Shown one piece after another: positions 1 through 8,786 of a stretch of 64,000 nucleotides of DNA. Position numbers and translations under genes: made by a program. A model generated the notes under the pieces. It ran no database searches. It saw only the letters and a list, made by a program, of their open reading frames with translations, and had not been told where the DNA came from. The stretch comes from a virus (Duplodnaviria > Caudoviricetes). Every line of letters starts with the position of its first letter. Position 1 is the stretch's first letter. The stretch spans positions 1 to 64,000 of the IMG/VR virus record IMGVR_UViG_2687453119_000006. One strand, written 5' to 3'.

Positions 1-486
1 ATGAATCTTGATCGAAAGGCTGTCTGGTCCGTTGCGAAGGGCTGGCTTGCCGCCATCCTGCTCATCGCCGGCGTTGTCGTGGCGGGCGGACCTGTCCGAG
101 CCGCGAGCTTCCAGCCGCTCGAGATCGTCACCAAAAGCGGCGTGCAGGTGTTCTCGGTGGAGATGGCAACGACCGAGGAGGAGAAGCAGACCGGCCTGAT
201 GTACCGCAAGGAGCTGGCCGACGGCAAAGGCATGCTGTTCGACTTCAATCCCGAGCAGGAAGTGTCGATGTGGATGAAGAATACCTATGTCCCGCTCGAC
301 ATGATCTTCATCCGCGCCGACGGCCGCATCCTGCGCATTGCCGAGAACACCGAGCCGCTGTCGACCAAGATCATCTCGTCCAAGGGCCCCGCGCGGGCCG
401 TTCTGGAGGTGGTGGCGGGAACGGCGCAGAAATACGGCATCCGCCCCGGCGACCGCGTCGGCCACCCGCTGTTCGGCAGCAAATAG
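1..486 (+). CDS. DUF192 family exported protein (host gene)
   Basis: Signal peptide; GLMYR, GMLFDF, MWMKNTYVPLDMIF and VLEV..G motifs typical of DUF192; commonly next to tRNA-Pro. Confidence 0.9.
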   Translation: MNLDRKAVWSVAKGWLAAILLIAGVVVAGGPVRAASFQPLEIVTKSGVQVFSVEMATTEEEKQTGLMYRKELADGKGMLFDFNPEQEVSMWMKNTYVPLDMIFIRADGRILRIAENTEPLSTKIISSKGPARAVLEVVAGTAQKYGIRPGDRVGHPLFGSK

Positions 487-580
487 AGCCGTCCGGTAGG
501 GCCTTCCCGGCCTTGCCGGCGCCTTTAGGACGCTTGCTGGCGCTTTGGGAAGCGTGTATCGACAGGGCTCGCTGGACATT

Positions 581-657
581 CGGGGTATAGCGCAGCCTGG
601 TAGCGCGGCAGTTTTGGGTACTGCAGGTCCGCGGTTCGAATCCGCGTGCCCCGACCA
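581..657 (+). tRNA. tRNA-Pro(TGG), probable prophage attachment site (attL)
   Basis: Cloverleaf: acceptor CGGGGTA/TGCCCCG, anticodon arm GCAGT-TTTGGGT-ACTGC, T arm CGCGG-TTCGAAT-CCGCG, encoded CCA. Confidence 0.97.
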
Positions 658-722
658 AATCCCTCAACAAAATCAGGCGCTTCTGACGCTGGCCAAAAAC
701 AGCGTGGAAGCAAATATAGCCT

Positions 723-743
723 GGGGTCCGCACGGGGTCCGCA
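723..743. repeat. Tandem 10-bp repeat GGGGTCCGCA x2, probable integrase arm-type sites
   Basis: Copies at 723-732 and 734-743, ~65 bp inside the tRNA att. Confidence 0.55.
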
Positions 744-765
744 ATTTTCTTGAGTCGAATCCACA

Positions 766-795
766 AAAGAAAAAGGCCGGGGATCACCCGGCCTC
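766..795 (-). terminator. Intrinsic terminator of the leftward operon
   Basis: Minus strand AGGCCGGG-TGATC-CCCGGCCT followed by TTTTCTTTT. Confidence 0.8.
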
Positions 796-799
796 TTGC

Positions 800-1036
800 T
801 CACGCTGCCTTTGCAGCCGCTTTCTCGACTAGCTGCTTCTGCCATTCGACGATCTCGTCGAGGAAGAAGCCAACGCGCATTGGCGCGATCGGGTAGGACT
901 GAGGGAAGGTGCCTTCCTTCACCTTCCGCTCGATCGTCGATCGGCTCAACGGGATCCGCTTGAGGACCTGGGACATCGAGATCATCGGTCTGATCCCGTC
1001 CTCGTTGTCCTGCGTCACTTCGGTCGTCTGGGTCAT
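800..1036 (-). CDS. AlpA-family excisionase/regulator
   Basis: VLKRIPLSRSTIERKVKEGTFP...VGFFLDEIVEW pattern; next to att. Confidence 0.85.
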   Translation of the reverse strand: MTQTTEVTQDNEDGIRPMISMSQVLKRIPLSRSTIERKVKEGTFPQSYPIAPMRVGFFLDEIVEWQKQLVEKAAAKAA

Positions 1037-1040
1037 GGTC

Positions 1041-1223
1041 TCAGTCTTTCTTCGCGTAGGGGCCGCTCGGCGGTCGCCCGGGTATCCAGTCTGTGGTGAT
1101 GCCGCTGAAGCTGATCGGCCGGTGTCGCCATGCTCCGCGGGAGGAGGGGTCTCGATAGGCGTCCATCTCGACCTCCCATTGGTCGTCGATAGTGGTCACG
1201 TTCATCCAGTGCTCACCGCTCAT
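1041..1223 (-). CDS. Hypothetical phage protein
   Basis: Coupled to neighbours (ATGA overlap). Confidence 0.55.
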   Translation of the reverse strand: MSGEHWMNVTTIDDQWEVEMDAYRDPSSRGAWRHRPISFSGITTDWIPGRPPSGPYAKKD

Positions 1224-1540
1224 GGCTTCCTCCCGAACACCGACTCGACCGTGTGCTTCTGCTCAGGGTCGGAGGAGCGGAAGACCTTGATGCCGCCCCT
1301 TCGCTTGAAGCCGTTCCTGGTGTGGAAGCTCTGGACGTCGCGAGCCCGGTTGAGCTTCGCGACCATCACCTTGAAGCCTGCCAGTTCCGCCTCGTCGGGT
1401 CGCTTGAAGATCTTCTGCTTCCCGTCCGTATCCAGGACCCACGCCGGGGCATCACCTGGGATCGCGAATGTCGCCAGGTAGCACCCTGGCATCTCCTTGT
1501 GCTCGACCGCGGTCGAGTAATAGGCCTGCGCGACCTTCAT
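1220..1540 (-). CDS. Hypothetical phage protein
   Basis: ATGA overlap with thyX stop; GC3-rich codons. Confidence 0.7.
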   Translation of the reverse strand: MKVAQAYYSTAVEHKEMPGCYLATFAIPGDAPAWVLDTDGKQKIFKRPDEAELAGFKVMVAKLNRARDVQSFHTRNGFKRRGGIKVFRSSDPEQKHTVESVFGRKP

Positions 1541-2391
1541 GCGATCACCTTCTCGATGATCTTCCGGTTCTGGATGAAGCCGACCAGGTTGCCGTGCAGC
1601 TCGGGCTGAGCCCAGCGGAACTCACCCGCGTAGTCGGGATCGCTCAAGACGTCCGGTGTGGCCTGATGCTCTGCCGGCGAAGCGTGAAGCGGACGGGCGC
1701 CGACCAGGTCGTGGTAGAGCTCCAGGTCCTTGTGGACCAGCGGCTGCTTTCCTTCATGCGTTAGGTACGAGGTGCGGGCACAGCGGGCGACGGAGACCTT
1801 CTTCTGGGTCTCCAGCGACAGCCATTCCTTCTCGTATTCGGTCACGAAGGGGAGGTGCCATTCACCGGGCCGAAGCGTTTCCGGAACGCTGCCCTCGAAC
1901 GCACCCTTGATCGCCTTCGCCAGCGCCTCGATCTCCGGCTGGGCATCCTTGTGGTCGCGCAGCTCGAAGAAGTTGTCCCACTCTGTAGCGGTGACGACGC
2001 CATGAGCATACAGATATGGCTCAAGGCCGCGGTTCGCCCACTGTTTATGCACGCCAGACTTTGCTAGTCGCTCCGCCGTGTCGGCAGCCGAAAGGGCGCC
2101 AACCTGCCAAGCTTTCCGAGCTACTAAAATCTCTTCTGGAGACATTGGTTCACCACCCTGCATTCCAGACTTGTTCCGGAGCCAGACGTACGGCTCATAT
2201 GGAGAGGTTCGAACCTCTTCGAGTAATCTGACCACAGGCACTGCGCGGCTCGACCGAAAATTCCTAGAGAAGACGCGATGAGTGTTGAACTCCGGAAGCA
2301 GCATGCGAGGGAATACCACCTTGACAGTAGTCAGGCGGATACCCAGAGGGCTGATGCTGTCGCTGATGATCTCAGCTGATGTTTTCTTCAT
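1537..2391 (-). CDS. thyX: FAD-dependent thymidylate synthase
   Basis: EFNTHRVFSRNFRSSRAVP motif, HKQWANR, FFELR..AQPEI, HASPAEHQA. Confidence 0.9.
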   Translation of the reverse strand: MKKTSAEIISDSISPLGIRLTTVKVVFPRMLLPEFNTHRVFSRNFRSSRAVPVVRLLEEVRTSPYEPYVWLRNKSGMQGGEPMSPEEILVARKAWQVGALSAADTAERLAKSGVHKQWANRGLEPYLYAHGVVTATEWDNFFELRDHKDAQPEIEALAKAIKGAFEGSVPETLRPGEWHLPFVTEYEKEWLSLETQKKVSVARCARTSYLTHEGKQPLVHKDLELYHDLVGARPLHASPAEHQATPDVLSDPDYAGEFRWAQPELHGNLVGFIQNRKIIEKVIA

Positions 2392-2869
2392 AGTAGGCAA
2401 CTACCTTTTTGAGTTGGTCGAGAGTCGAGTTGTTTTTGATCCTGTTCGCCAGGTAGGAAATGACGTTCACATTCCCCTTGACGTACCCCAGTTCGTTTTT
2501 CACGCGATCGAGCGATGGCCTGCTGTCAGGATGACCGCTTCGGATCAGAGGAATGCCAAGAACTGGGCAGGTCTCAGGGATCACGATGTCATCAATGGTT
2601 AGGTCGAACGGAAAGCCCATCGAACGAGCGCGCCCTCGCGCACGCTGCAGCATCGCCTTCTCAGGATTGTCTGCGTCCCACTTCCTCCTGGAAACCAGCA
2701 GCTTTTTCGGGTTTCGCTTCCGGTATGCGTCAGCCTGCACCTTGTTGCAGTGGATACAGGTGCCGTTGGTGGTCCACCTGATCGTCTCACCGTGATGCTT
2801 GCATGTGCTACGATATCGTTTGATGCCATCGCGCTTCGCCACCTCCCAAGATGGGGCAATGTCGTTCAT
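2372..2869 (-). CDS. HNH homing endonuclease
   Basis: CPVLG...SLDRVKNELGYVKGNVNVISYLANRIK; N-terminal Cys/His cluster; lower GC. Confidence 0.85.
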   Translation of the reverse strand: MNDIAPSWEVAKRDGIKRYRSTCKHHGETIRWTTNGTCIHCNKVQADAYRKRNPKKLLVSRRKWDADNPEKAMLQRARGRARSMGFPFDLTIDDIVIPETCPVLGIPLIRSGHPDSRPSLDRVKNELGYVKGNVNVISYLANRIKNNSTLDQLKKVVAYYEENIS

Positions 2870-3348
2870 GCCGCCTCCACGCCTGGGATCTGTTTCAGCA
2901 GCCAGTCGATCTTCGCCTGCTGCTGACGGATGACATCGCGCTGAGCGCGGTTCTCCATGAGCTGCTCAGAGTTGTGGGTGATCAGCTCGGTGACTCGGGC
3001 GGAGTACGTCCGCTTCAGATCGATCAGATCTTCGAGCGCATCGAGCAGGAACGGCATGGTGTTGATGAAGCCGACCAGCGCCTTCGCGCGATCGCCGGCA
3101 TTCGGTGTATTGCCTGTGACGGCGTAGACGATATCGCCCGGCCCCATGACAGCGTGCATCGCCGTCTCTTCTGCCAAGCCGAGATCAGTCCGGCCTTTGG
3201 CAAGCGTCTCGCAATAGTCAGCGAGATGCATCTCGTCGGTCTGCTCGCGGGTCGCGCCCCAGAACGGTTCATTGAACAGGGCCAGCAGCTGTCTGGCCTG
3301 CGTCGCGAACTCGAGCCTCTTCTCGTCGGTCACTGCTTCGTCGGTCAC
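2866..3348 (-). CDS. Hypothetical phage protein with C-terminal coiled coil
   Basis: SD AGGAGAG; coupled stop. Confidence 0.7.
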   Translation of the reverse strand: MTDEAVTDEKRLEFATQARQLLALFNEPFWGATREQTDEMHLADYCETLAKGRTDLGLAEETAMHAVMGPGDIVYAVTGNTPNAGDRAKALVGFINTMPFLLDALEDLIDLKRTYSARVTELITHNSEQLMENRAQRDVIRQQQAKIDWLLKQIPGVEAA

Positions 3349-3375
3349 TTCTCTCTCCTGGAAAATTGCCTAATG

Positions 3376-3410
3376 AAAAAGGAAACGGCCGCCCCCGGAG
3401 GGGCGACCGT
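3376..3410 (-). terminator. Intrinsic terminator downstream of TAXI gene
   Basis: Minus strand ACGGTCGCCCC-TCCG-GGGGCGGCCGT then TTCCTTTTT. Confidence 0.75.
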
Positions 3411-3423
3411 CGTGGCTCACCGC

Positions 3424-4308
3424 TTACTGCGGCTGAGCGAGCTTCGCGATTTCGGGCTTCGCGTTGGCGAAGGCGCGGAGGAGGGCGTCGTACTCACGAT
3501 CGTGAGCATCGATCCAGGCGTTGTTGGTGACGAACACAGCGTCGAGCTGGATCGTGCCGATCGCCTTGGTGCCGTAGACCGTGCCGGACGGCTGGATCGC
3601 CGGGTAGGTGCCGGCCGGGATCTCACCGTAGGTGTAGACGTACTGGCCGCGCGCATCCTTCGCGCCCTTGGTCATGTCGCGGTCATCGGTGCCGACGAGC
3701 ACAACGCGGTCACCCAGCTTCTGAGCGTCGACCTTCATGAACGGGCTGTTCAGTGCGGTGACGATCAGGGCGCACTGGACCTGCGAACCATCGGCGACTG
3801 CCGAGAGAGCGCGGAGTCCCGAGCGGGTGTCGGTGTTCACCTTGCCGTAGCGGGCCTTGTCGGCCATCACGAACGCAGCCCAGGTGGTGTTGGCGCCCGA
3901 TCCATCCGGACCGATCGCAACTGTGTGGGACTGGTTCAGGTCGACCATGCGGCCGAAGTTGACGTTGCGGTTGCAGATCATGTGAGCCTGCTCCTGATAG
4001 AGGATGCCGGCGCGCTCCAGCGACGAGATCGCCTTGGCGTTGCGAGCCGAGTAGACGAGCAGGGCGTCGGACTGCACGAACGCGCCGTCGCATTCGCCGC
4101 TGGTGACCTTGTCCAGGTTGTCGATCGAGCCCTTGGTCTCCACGACCTCGACCTGGGCCGCAGACGACTTGGACTTCAGGATGTGGCCAGCCTTGAAGTA
4201 GTTGAGCTGGCTGTTGCCCGTGCAGAGACGGAACTTCGCGGGCTCCGCTTGGGCTGCGACCGACATCGCCAGGATGGCTGCTGCTGCTGCCAGGATGAGT
4301 TTCTTCAT
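3424..4308 (-). CDS. TAXI-family periplasmic solute-binding protein
   Basis: Signal peptide; TKGSIDNL, AFVQSD, LYQEQAH, VAIGPDGSG motifs. Confidence 0.8.
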   Translation of the reverse strand: MKKLILAAAAAILAMSVAAQAEPAKFRLCTGNSQLNYFKAGHILKSKSSAAQVEVVETKGSIDNLDKVTSGECDGAFVQSDALLVYSARNAKAISSLERAGILYQEQAHMICNRNVNFGRMVDLNQSHTVAIGPDGSGANTTWAAFVMADKARYGKVNTDTRSGLRALSAVADGSQVQCALIVTALNSPFMKVDAQKLGDRVVLVGTDDRDMTKGAKDARGQYVYTYGEIPAGTYPAIQPSGTVYGTKAIGTIQLDAVFVTNNAWIDAHDREYDALLRAFANAKPEIAKLAQPQ

Positions 4309-4367
4309 GTAGTTCTCCTTAGGTGCTCCAATCAATTGGAACGGGTTGAATTCGTGCAAATACTGGA

Positions 4368-4481
4368 TCAGAAGAACCAGCGTCGAACCGGGTAGCCCCG
4401 GGCTCCTTTGAACACGGCGGAGCAGAGGAGATAGATCCCCAGCCCGTCGAGTAGGTGGTTGGCCAAAAAGACTCCGACCAT
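4368..4481 (-). CDS. 37-aa hydrophobic microprotein (not in ORF track)
   Basis: SD AAGGAG then MVGVFLANHLLDGLGIYLLCSAVFKGARGYPVRRWFF*. Confidence 0.55.
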   Translation of the reverse strand: MVGVFLANHLLDGLGIYLLCSAVFKGARGYPVRRWFF

Positions 4482-4545
4482 GGATTGGCGCTCCTTATTT
4501 GCTGCGCACGATTTGCATTCGAGCAAATCAAAAGTCAAGAAGTTG

Positions 4546-4965
4546 TCAGTACTTTTTGCCGCCCTTCTTCACCCGGTTCTCGGGCTTATGGTCCGCCCGG
4601 GTTGCGTTGTAGATCAGCTTGGCCTTGGCCGCGGCGCCGACATCCCACTCCTTGGCGCCAGCCAGGTCGCCGGCACGTATGAACAAGTCAGCCATCTCGG
4701 TCCAGATCGAGGGGAACTGCGGCAGGTGATCGTCCATCGCGTCGGTGCGATCGCCTTCCATGCCCTCGCAGATCTCGCCGACCATCAGCAGCAGCTTCGT
4801 GGGGACGATCAGCGGGTTGTTGCGGAGGTTCTCGCCGGTCTTCGGATCGGTCCACCACTTCTGCGCCAAGGCATGCGAGACCTTGATGATGTGGTTGATC
4901 GACTCTTCGAACTTGTCGAGGTCAGCGAGGGTGACGCCGTTGGGGAGGTTCACAGCCGCGTTCAT
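4546..4965 (-). CDS. MazG-like nucleotide pyrophosphohydrolase
   Basis: MVGEICEGMEG..EMADLFIR..K..YN..R pattern. Confidence 0.75.
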   Translation of the reverse strand: MNAAVNLPNGVTLADLDKFEESINHIIKVSHALAQKWWTDPKTGENLRNNPLIVPTKLLLMVGEICEGMEGDRTDAMDDHLPQFPSIWTEMADLFIRAGDLAGAKEWDVGAAAKAKLIYNATRADHKPENRVKKGGKKY

Positions 4966-5180
4966 GCGATCACCTCACCCTTCCATCGCAGAACGCAGCC
5001 CTGCTCGCCGGGAGCGGGGACGCAGTGCGCGATGCCCTCAGCGTCGATGACGCGGTGGGTGGTGCCGCCGGCACGGAACATTACCTTCTGCGGATTGGTG
5101 ATCCGATAGACGCGGCCGGCAAAGTCGTATTCCCGCCATTCCTCGATGCCTCTCAGATTGTATTCTTTCAGGTCGCTCAC
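4962..5180 (-). CDS. Hypothetical phage protein
   Basis: SD GGAGA, coupled at both ends. Confidence 0.65.
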   Translation of the reverse strand: MSDLKEYNLRGIEEWREYDFAGRVYRITNPQKVMFRAGGTTHRVIDAEGIAHCVPAPGEQGCVLRWKGEVIA

Positions 5181-5506
5181 TCAGGTCTCCTAAATCGAAA
5201 TTCGTCGGCGAGGTCTTCGAACATCCGGACAACCTCCTTTTGGCTACGACCCGACACGTCGTTCCAGTCGAACGGATGCTTCTGCACTTGCCCCTTGATC
5301 AGGGGCACGAAGCGCGTGTACGCGCTCCGATCCTCTTCGCCAGCAGCTCGGCGGATGGCTCCCTCGATGTCAAAGGATCGCGCCTCCTTGCTGAACACGG
5401 GGACCGGCTTACCCTGCCGATCCCGCGCGCATGTCTTTTGCGTCCACCTTCCGGGCTTGGAGAACAGCAGAAGGCAACGCTCCACGATCTCCAGCTCGGT
5501 AAACAA
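5177..5506 (-). CDS. Hypothetical phage protein (WTQ..ARD..G family)
   Basis: Abuts nrdA stop; resembles 45442-45834. Confidence 0.6.
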   Translation of the reverse strand: MFTELEIVERCLLLFSKPGRWTQKTCARDRQGKPVPVFSKEARSFDIEGAIRRAAGEEDRSAYTRFVPLIKGQVQKHPFDWNDVSGRSQKEVVRMFEDLADEFRFRRPE

Positions 5507-7147
5507 CTACGCCTCGCAGGAGACGCAGGAGAGCAGGTTGCGGACGTATTCCTGCGCCGGGTTTGTCGAGCGCTGGTAGTAGAGCGTCTTCACGCCCAGC
5601 TCCCACGCGCTGATCATCAGCTGGTTCACGTCGCGCAACGGCGTATCCGGATGGATCTTCAGGTTCAGAGACTGGCTCTGATCGATGAAGTTCTGCCGGC
5701 CCGCGGCCTGGACGATGATCTCGTGCTGCGAGATTTCGCCGAAGGTCTTGAACACAGCCCGCTCGTTATCGGTCAGGAAGTCCAGGTGCTGAACCGACCC
5801 GCCCTTGAGCAGGATGCTGCGCCAAGTCTCCTCGTCATCCTTGCCGTGACCGGCGAGGGTGGCTTGCAGGTAGGGGTTCCGATAGGTGAACTTGCCCTTC
5901 TGCAGGTCCTTGACGAAGTAGTTGCTGTCGAGCGGCTCGATCGACGGCGACACCTGACCCAGGATGAACGACGACGACGTGGTCGGCGCGATCGACATCA
6001 GCGTGACGTGACGCCGGCCGTAGCCCTTCAGCAGTTCGGGCTCACCGTACTCCTTCGCCATGCGCTGGCTGGCTTCCAGCGTCTCGCCCTGCATGAACGA
6101 GTGGATGCTGGTGTTCAGCAGCTTGGCCTGCATGGACTCGAACGGGATCATGTTCGACTGCAGGTAGGAGTGCCAGCCGAGCGAACCGATGCCGATGGCG
6201 CGCTGCCGGATAGCGAAGTTGCGCGCCGTCTGCATCAGCGGGACGCCTTCGGTCTTCTCGATGTACTCGCTCATGACCGCGTCGAGGAAATAAACCAGCG
6301 TCTGGGCGACGTCGGTCTTCTTCCACTCGTCGAACCAGAGCAGGTTCATCGAGGCGAGGTTGCAGACGAAGGACTCCTCCGCCGAGGAGGCGAGGGCGAT
6401 CTCCGAGCAGAGGTTGCTCGAATGGATCTTCATCCCGTAGTTCCGATAGACCTCGGGCGCACCGTTGTTCACGGTGTCGGTCCAGAAGATGTACGGGTAG
6501 CCCGTCTCGAAGCGCTTCTGGAGGATGCGCATCCAGAGCTTCCGCTTCTCCTGGTCGCCGGCCACCATGGCCTTCATCCAGGCGTCGGAGATGCAGACGC
6601 CCAGAGACAGGCGCTGGATCGGGGAGCCTTCCTCGCGGCAGTCGAGGAACTCACCGATGTCCTTGTGCTCGACCGGCAGATACACAGCGCAGGAGCCGCG
6701 GCGAACCGTGGACTGGCTGATGATGTTGGTCGTGGTCTCCAGCATCTCCATGAAGTGGATCGGGCCGAACGAGGCCCCGCCACCGCGGATCGGAGCGCCA
6801 CGGGGACGCAGCGCGCCCAGGAACGCGCTGGTGCCGGCGCCGAACTTGGTCTGCATCCCGATCTCGGCCGTCTTGAGCAGGATGCTCTCGGTCGTGTCCT
6901 CGAAGTAGGAGTTGTTGCAGGAGATCGGCAGGCCGCGATCGGTGCCGAAGTTCGACCAGACCGGACTCGACAGGGAGATGTACCCCGCGTGCATGTAGTC
7001 CTCGAACTTCTTGGCGAAGCCGGTCATGCCGAGGATGGTCTCTGCGGTGTCGGCGATTTCACGGATGCGCTGCTCGGCCGACTGACCGGGTTGCAGGTAT
7101 CCGCGCTCCAGGAAGGTCCTGGAGTCGTCGTTGAGCCATCTGTGCAT
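5507..7147 (-). CDS. nrdA: Ribonucleotide reductase class I large subunit (no ATP cone)
   Basis: PISC, SNLCSEI, FVCNL, IAPTTSSS, KTLYY, C-terminal CVSC. Confidence 0.95.
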   Translation of the reverse strand: MHRWLNDDSRTFLERGYLQPGQSAEQRIREIADTAETILGMTGFAKKFEDYMHAGYISLSSPVWSNFGTDRGLPISCNNSYFEDTTESILLKTAEIGMQTKFGAGTSAFLGALRPRGAPIRGGGASFGPIHFMEMLETTTNIISQSTVRRGSCAVYLPVEHKDIGEFLDCREEGSPIQRLSLGVCISDAWMKAMVAGDQEKRKLWMRILQKRFETGYPYIFWTDTVNNGAPEVYRNYGMKIHSSNLCSEIALASSAEESFVCNLASMNLLWFDEWKKTDVAQTLVYFLDAVMSEYIEKTEGVPLMQTARNFAIRQRAIGIGSLGWHSYLQSNMIPFESMQAKLLNTSIHSFMQGETLEASQRMAKEYGEPELLKGYGRRHVTLMSIAPTTSSSFILGQVSPSIEPLDSNYFVKDLQKGKFTYRNPYLQATLAGHGKDDEETWRSILLKGGSVQHLDFLTDNERAVFKTFGEISQHEIIVQAAGRQNFIDQSQSLNLKIHPDTPLRDVNQLMISAWELGVKTLYYQRSTNPAQEYVRNLLSCVSCEA

Positions 7148-8118
7148 CAGAAAAGGTCCTCGGTGGTGTAGACCCGGTTCTTCTTGGCGTAATCGACCGG
7201 GCGCTTGTGGAAGAAGTCGACGATGTTGTTCCCGTAGGACTCTTCATCCATCCACCGGGTGGTCTCGGCGATGGACTTGTCGACGACGAAGGGGACTGCA
7301 AAGCCGATGGCATGCAGCGAGTCGTTCAGGCGGTTCTGGACGAAGCCGTGCAGGATCTCGGCGGAGATCTTGCTGTCGTTGTAGTCGCCGATCATCCAGG
7401 TGATCAGGTCCTTCTCGGCCTGATAGGCGACCTTGGACTCTTCGAGGACGCGGGCTTCGAGATCGGCGTCGAACAGCTCCGGATACTCCTCGCGCAGAGT
7501 GTGGATCAGCTTGATGCCAACCTGGGCATGAAGCATCTCCTCGTTGCGGGTGTATTGGACCTGCTGGGCGGTGTCCTTTAGGACGTTCTTGAAGCGGTTG
7601 AACCAGAGCACGACGTAGAACTGGCTGAACAGCGACACGTTCTCCACGAAGAGCGTGAAGAGGATGATCGCGTAGACGAACTGCTTCTTGTCGTCGGTGT
7701 AGACCCGATCGAGATACTTCCGCAGATAGTCGACGCGGTTGCGAACCACCGGCTCCTTGAGGTTCTGCTCGAACACGTCGCCGAGGCGCAGCGTCTCCAG
7801 AAGCTTCTCGTACGCGAGGTTGTGAGTGACCTCGGTCGCCGCCATCCAGTATCCGAGATCGGACATGGACGGATGGGGGAAGTTGTTGCCGAGCTGCGCC
7901 CAGAAGCGCTTCACGGCGATCTCGACCTGACCGATGGCGGAGAGGGTGCGAACGATGACCTGCCGCTCCTGGTCGGTCAGCTCTGTCTTGAACTGGCCGT
8001 AGTCGGCTTTGAAGTCGAACTCGTTTGGCGTCCAGAAGCCGGCCCAGATCCTGTCAATGAACTCCTGGGTCCAGGGATACAGGTTCGGCTTTCTGGCGAT
8101 CTGCTCTTCGAACAGCAT
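7147..8118 (-). CDS. nrdB: Ribonucleotide reductase small subunit, class Id-like
   Basis: QVEIAVK, EVTHNLAY, ENVSLFSQF, EEMLH, DFFHKRPVDY. Confidence 0.93.
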   Translation of the reverse strand: MLFEEQIARKPNLYPWTQEFIDRIWAGFWTPNEFDFKADYGQFKTELTDQERQVIVRTLSAIGQVEIAVKRFWAQLGNNFPHPSMSDLGYWMAATEVTHNLAYEKLLETLRLGDVFEQNLKEPVVRNRVDYLRKYLDRVYTDDKKQFVYAIILFTLFVENVSLFSQFYVVLWFNRFKNVLKDTAQQVQYTRNEEMLHAQVGIKLIHTLREEYPELFDADLEARVLEESKVAYQAEKDLITWMIGDYNDSKISAEILHGFVQNRLNDSLHAIGFAVPFVVDKSIAETTRWMDEESYGNNIVDFFHKRPVDYAKKNRVYTTEDLF

Positions 8119-8194
8119 TATTATTGGGCCTCTTACATTTTGGGTGAGCAGGGGACGCCACGGAGATCGGAGCTTCCGTGGGTCCAGGGCGGTC

Positions 8195-8533
8195 TCAGCC
8201 GCCGCGCTTCTTGGAGCGGTAGGGGTAGGTCTTCGAAGTCGAGATCGGCGTCTCGCGCTTGACCGGAACGAACTTCACGGGCTGCGCGCCGAGCTGCTTC
8301 AGGATGTCCTTGATCTGATCGCCATCGGTGTGGGGATCGAGAACCGCGAGCTGCGCGACGAGGCCAGCCACCTTCGAGCGCTCAGCAGGGAGCAGGCGGC
8401 GCGAGGCATGCACGACGGTCCCGGCGGTCTCGTAGGTGTGCTTGCGCTTCGGCGGGGGCGGATTGTTGCGGCGGGCGAGTAGGAAGTGGAACGCCTTCAG
8501 CATTCCCATGTGGGTGTCGTCGATTGATCTCAT
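8195..8533 (-). CDS. Hypothetical basic phage protein
   Basis: SD GAGGAGAG; operator upstream. Confidence 0.65.
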   Translation of the reverse strand: MRSIDDTHMGMLKAFHFLLARRNNPPPPKRKHTYETAGTVVHASRRLLPAERSKVAGLVAQLAVLDPHTDGDQIKDILKQLGAQPVKFVPVKRETPISTSKTYPYRSKKRGG

Positions 8534-8564
8534 TTAGTCTCTCCTCTTTGAATTCATGCAAACA

Positions 8565-8786
8565 TCAGGGCAAGGATCGAATGACTCTTCGGATCTGTTG
8601 CCGAGTGAAGTTGTTGGCGTATGGGGTTCTCGGGGACGCTGCGAAGGGCACGGAAAACCACTTGCCCTTCACCAGGAAGCGAACCCTGTGGTGTCTCTTG
8701 TCATGGGCGAGTTCGAACGCTTCGATCTCCCCACTATCCTTCAGCTTCTGGACCTCCTTCTTCACCTCTCGAACGTGGGCTTCCAT
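8565..8786 (-). CDS. Small protein, possible HicA-like fold
   Basis: KRHHRVRF...FAASPRT pattern; SD GAGGGG. Confidence 0.5.
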   Translation of the reverse strand: MEAHVREVKKEVQKLKDSGEIEAFELAHDKRHHRVRFLVKGKWFSVPFAASPRTPYANNFTRQQIRRVIRSLP

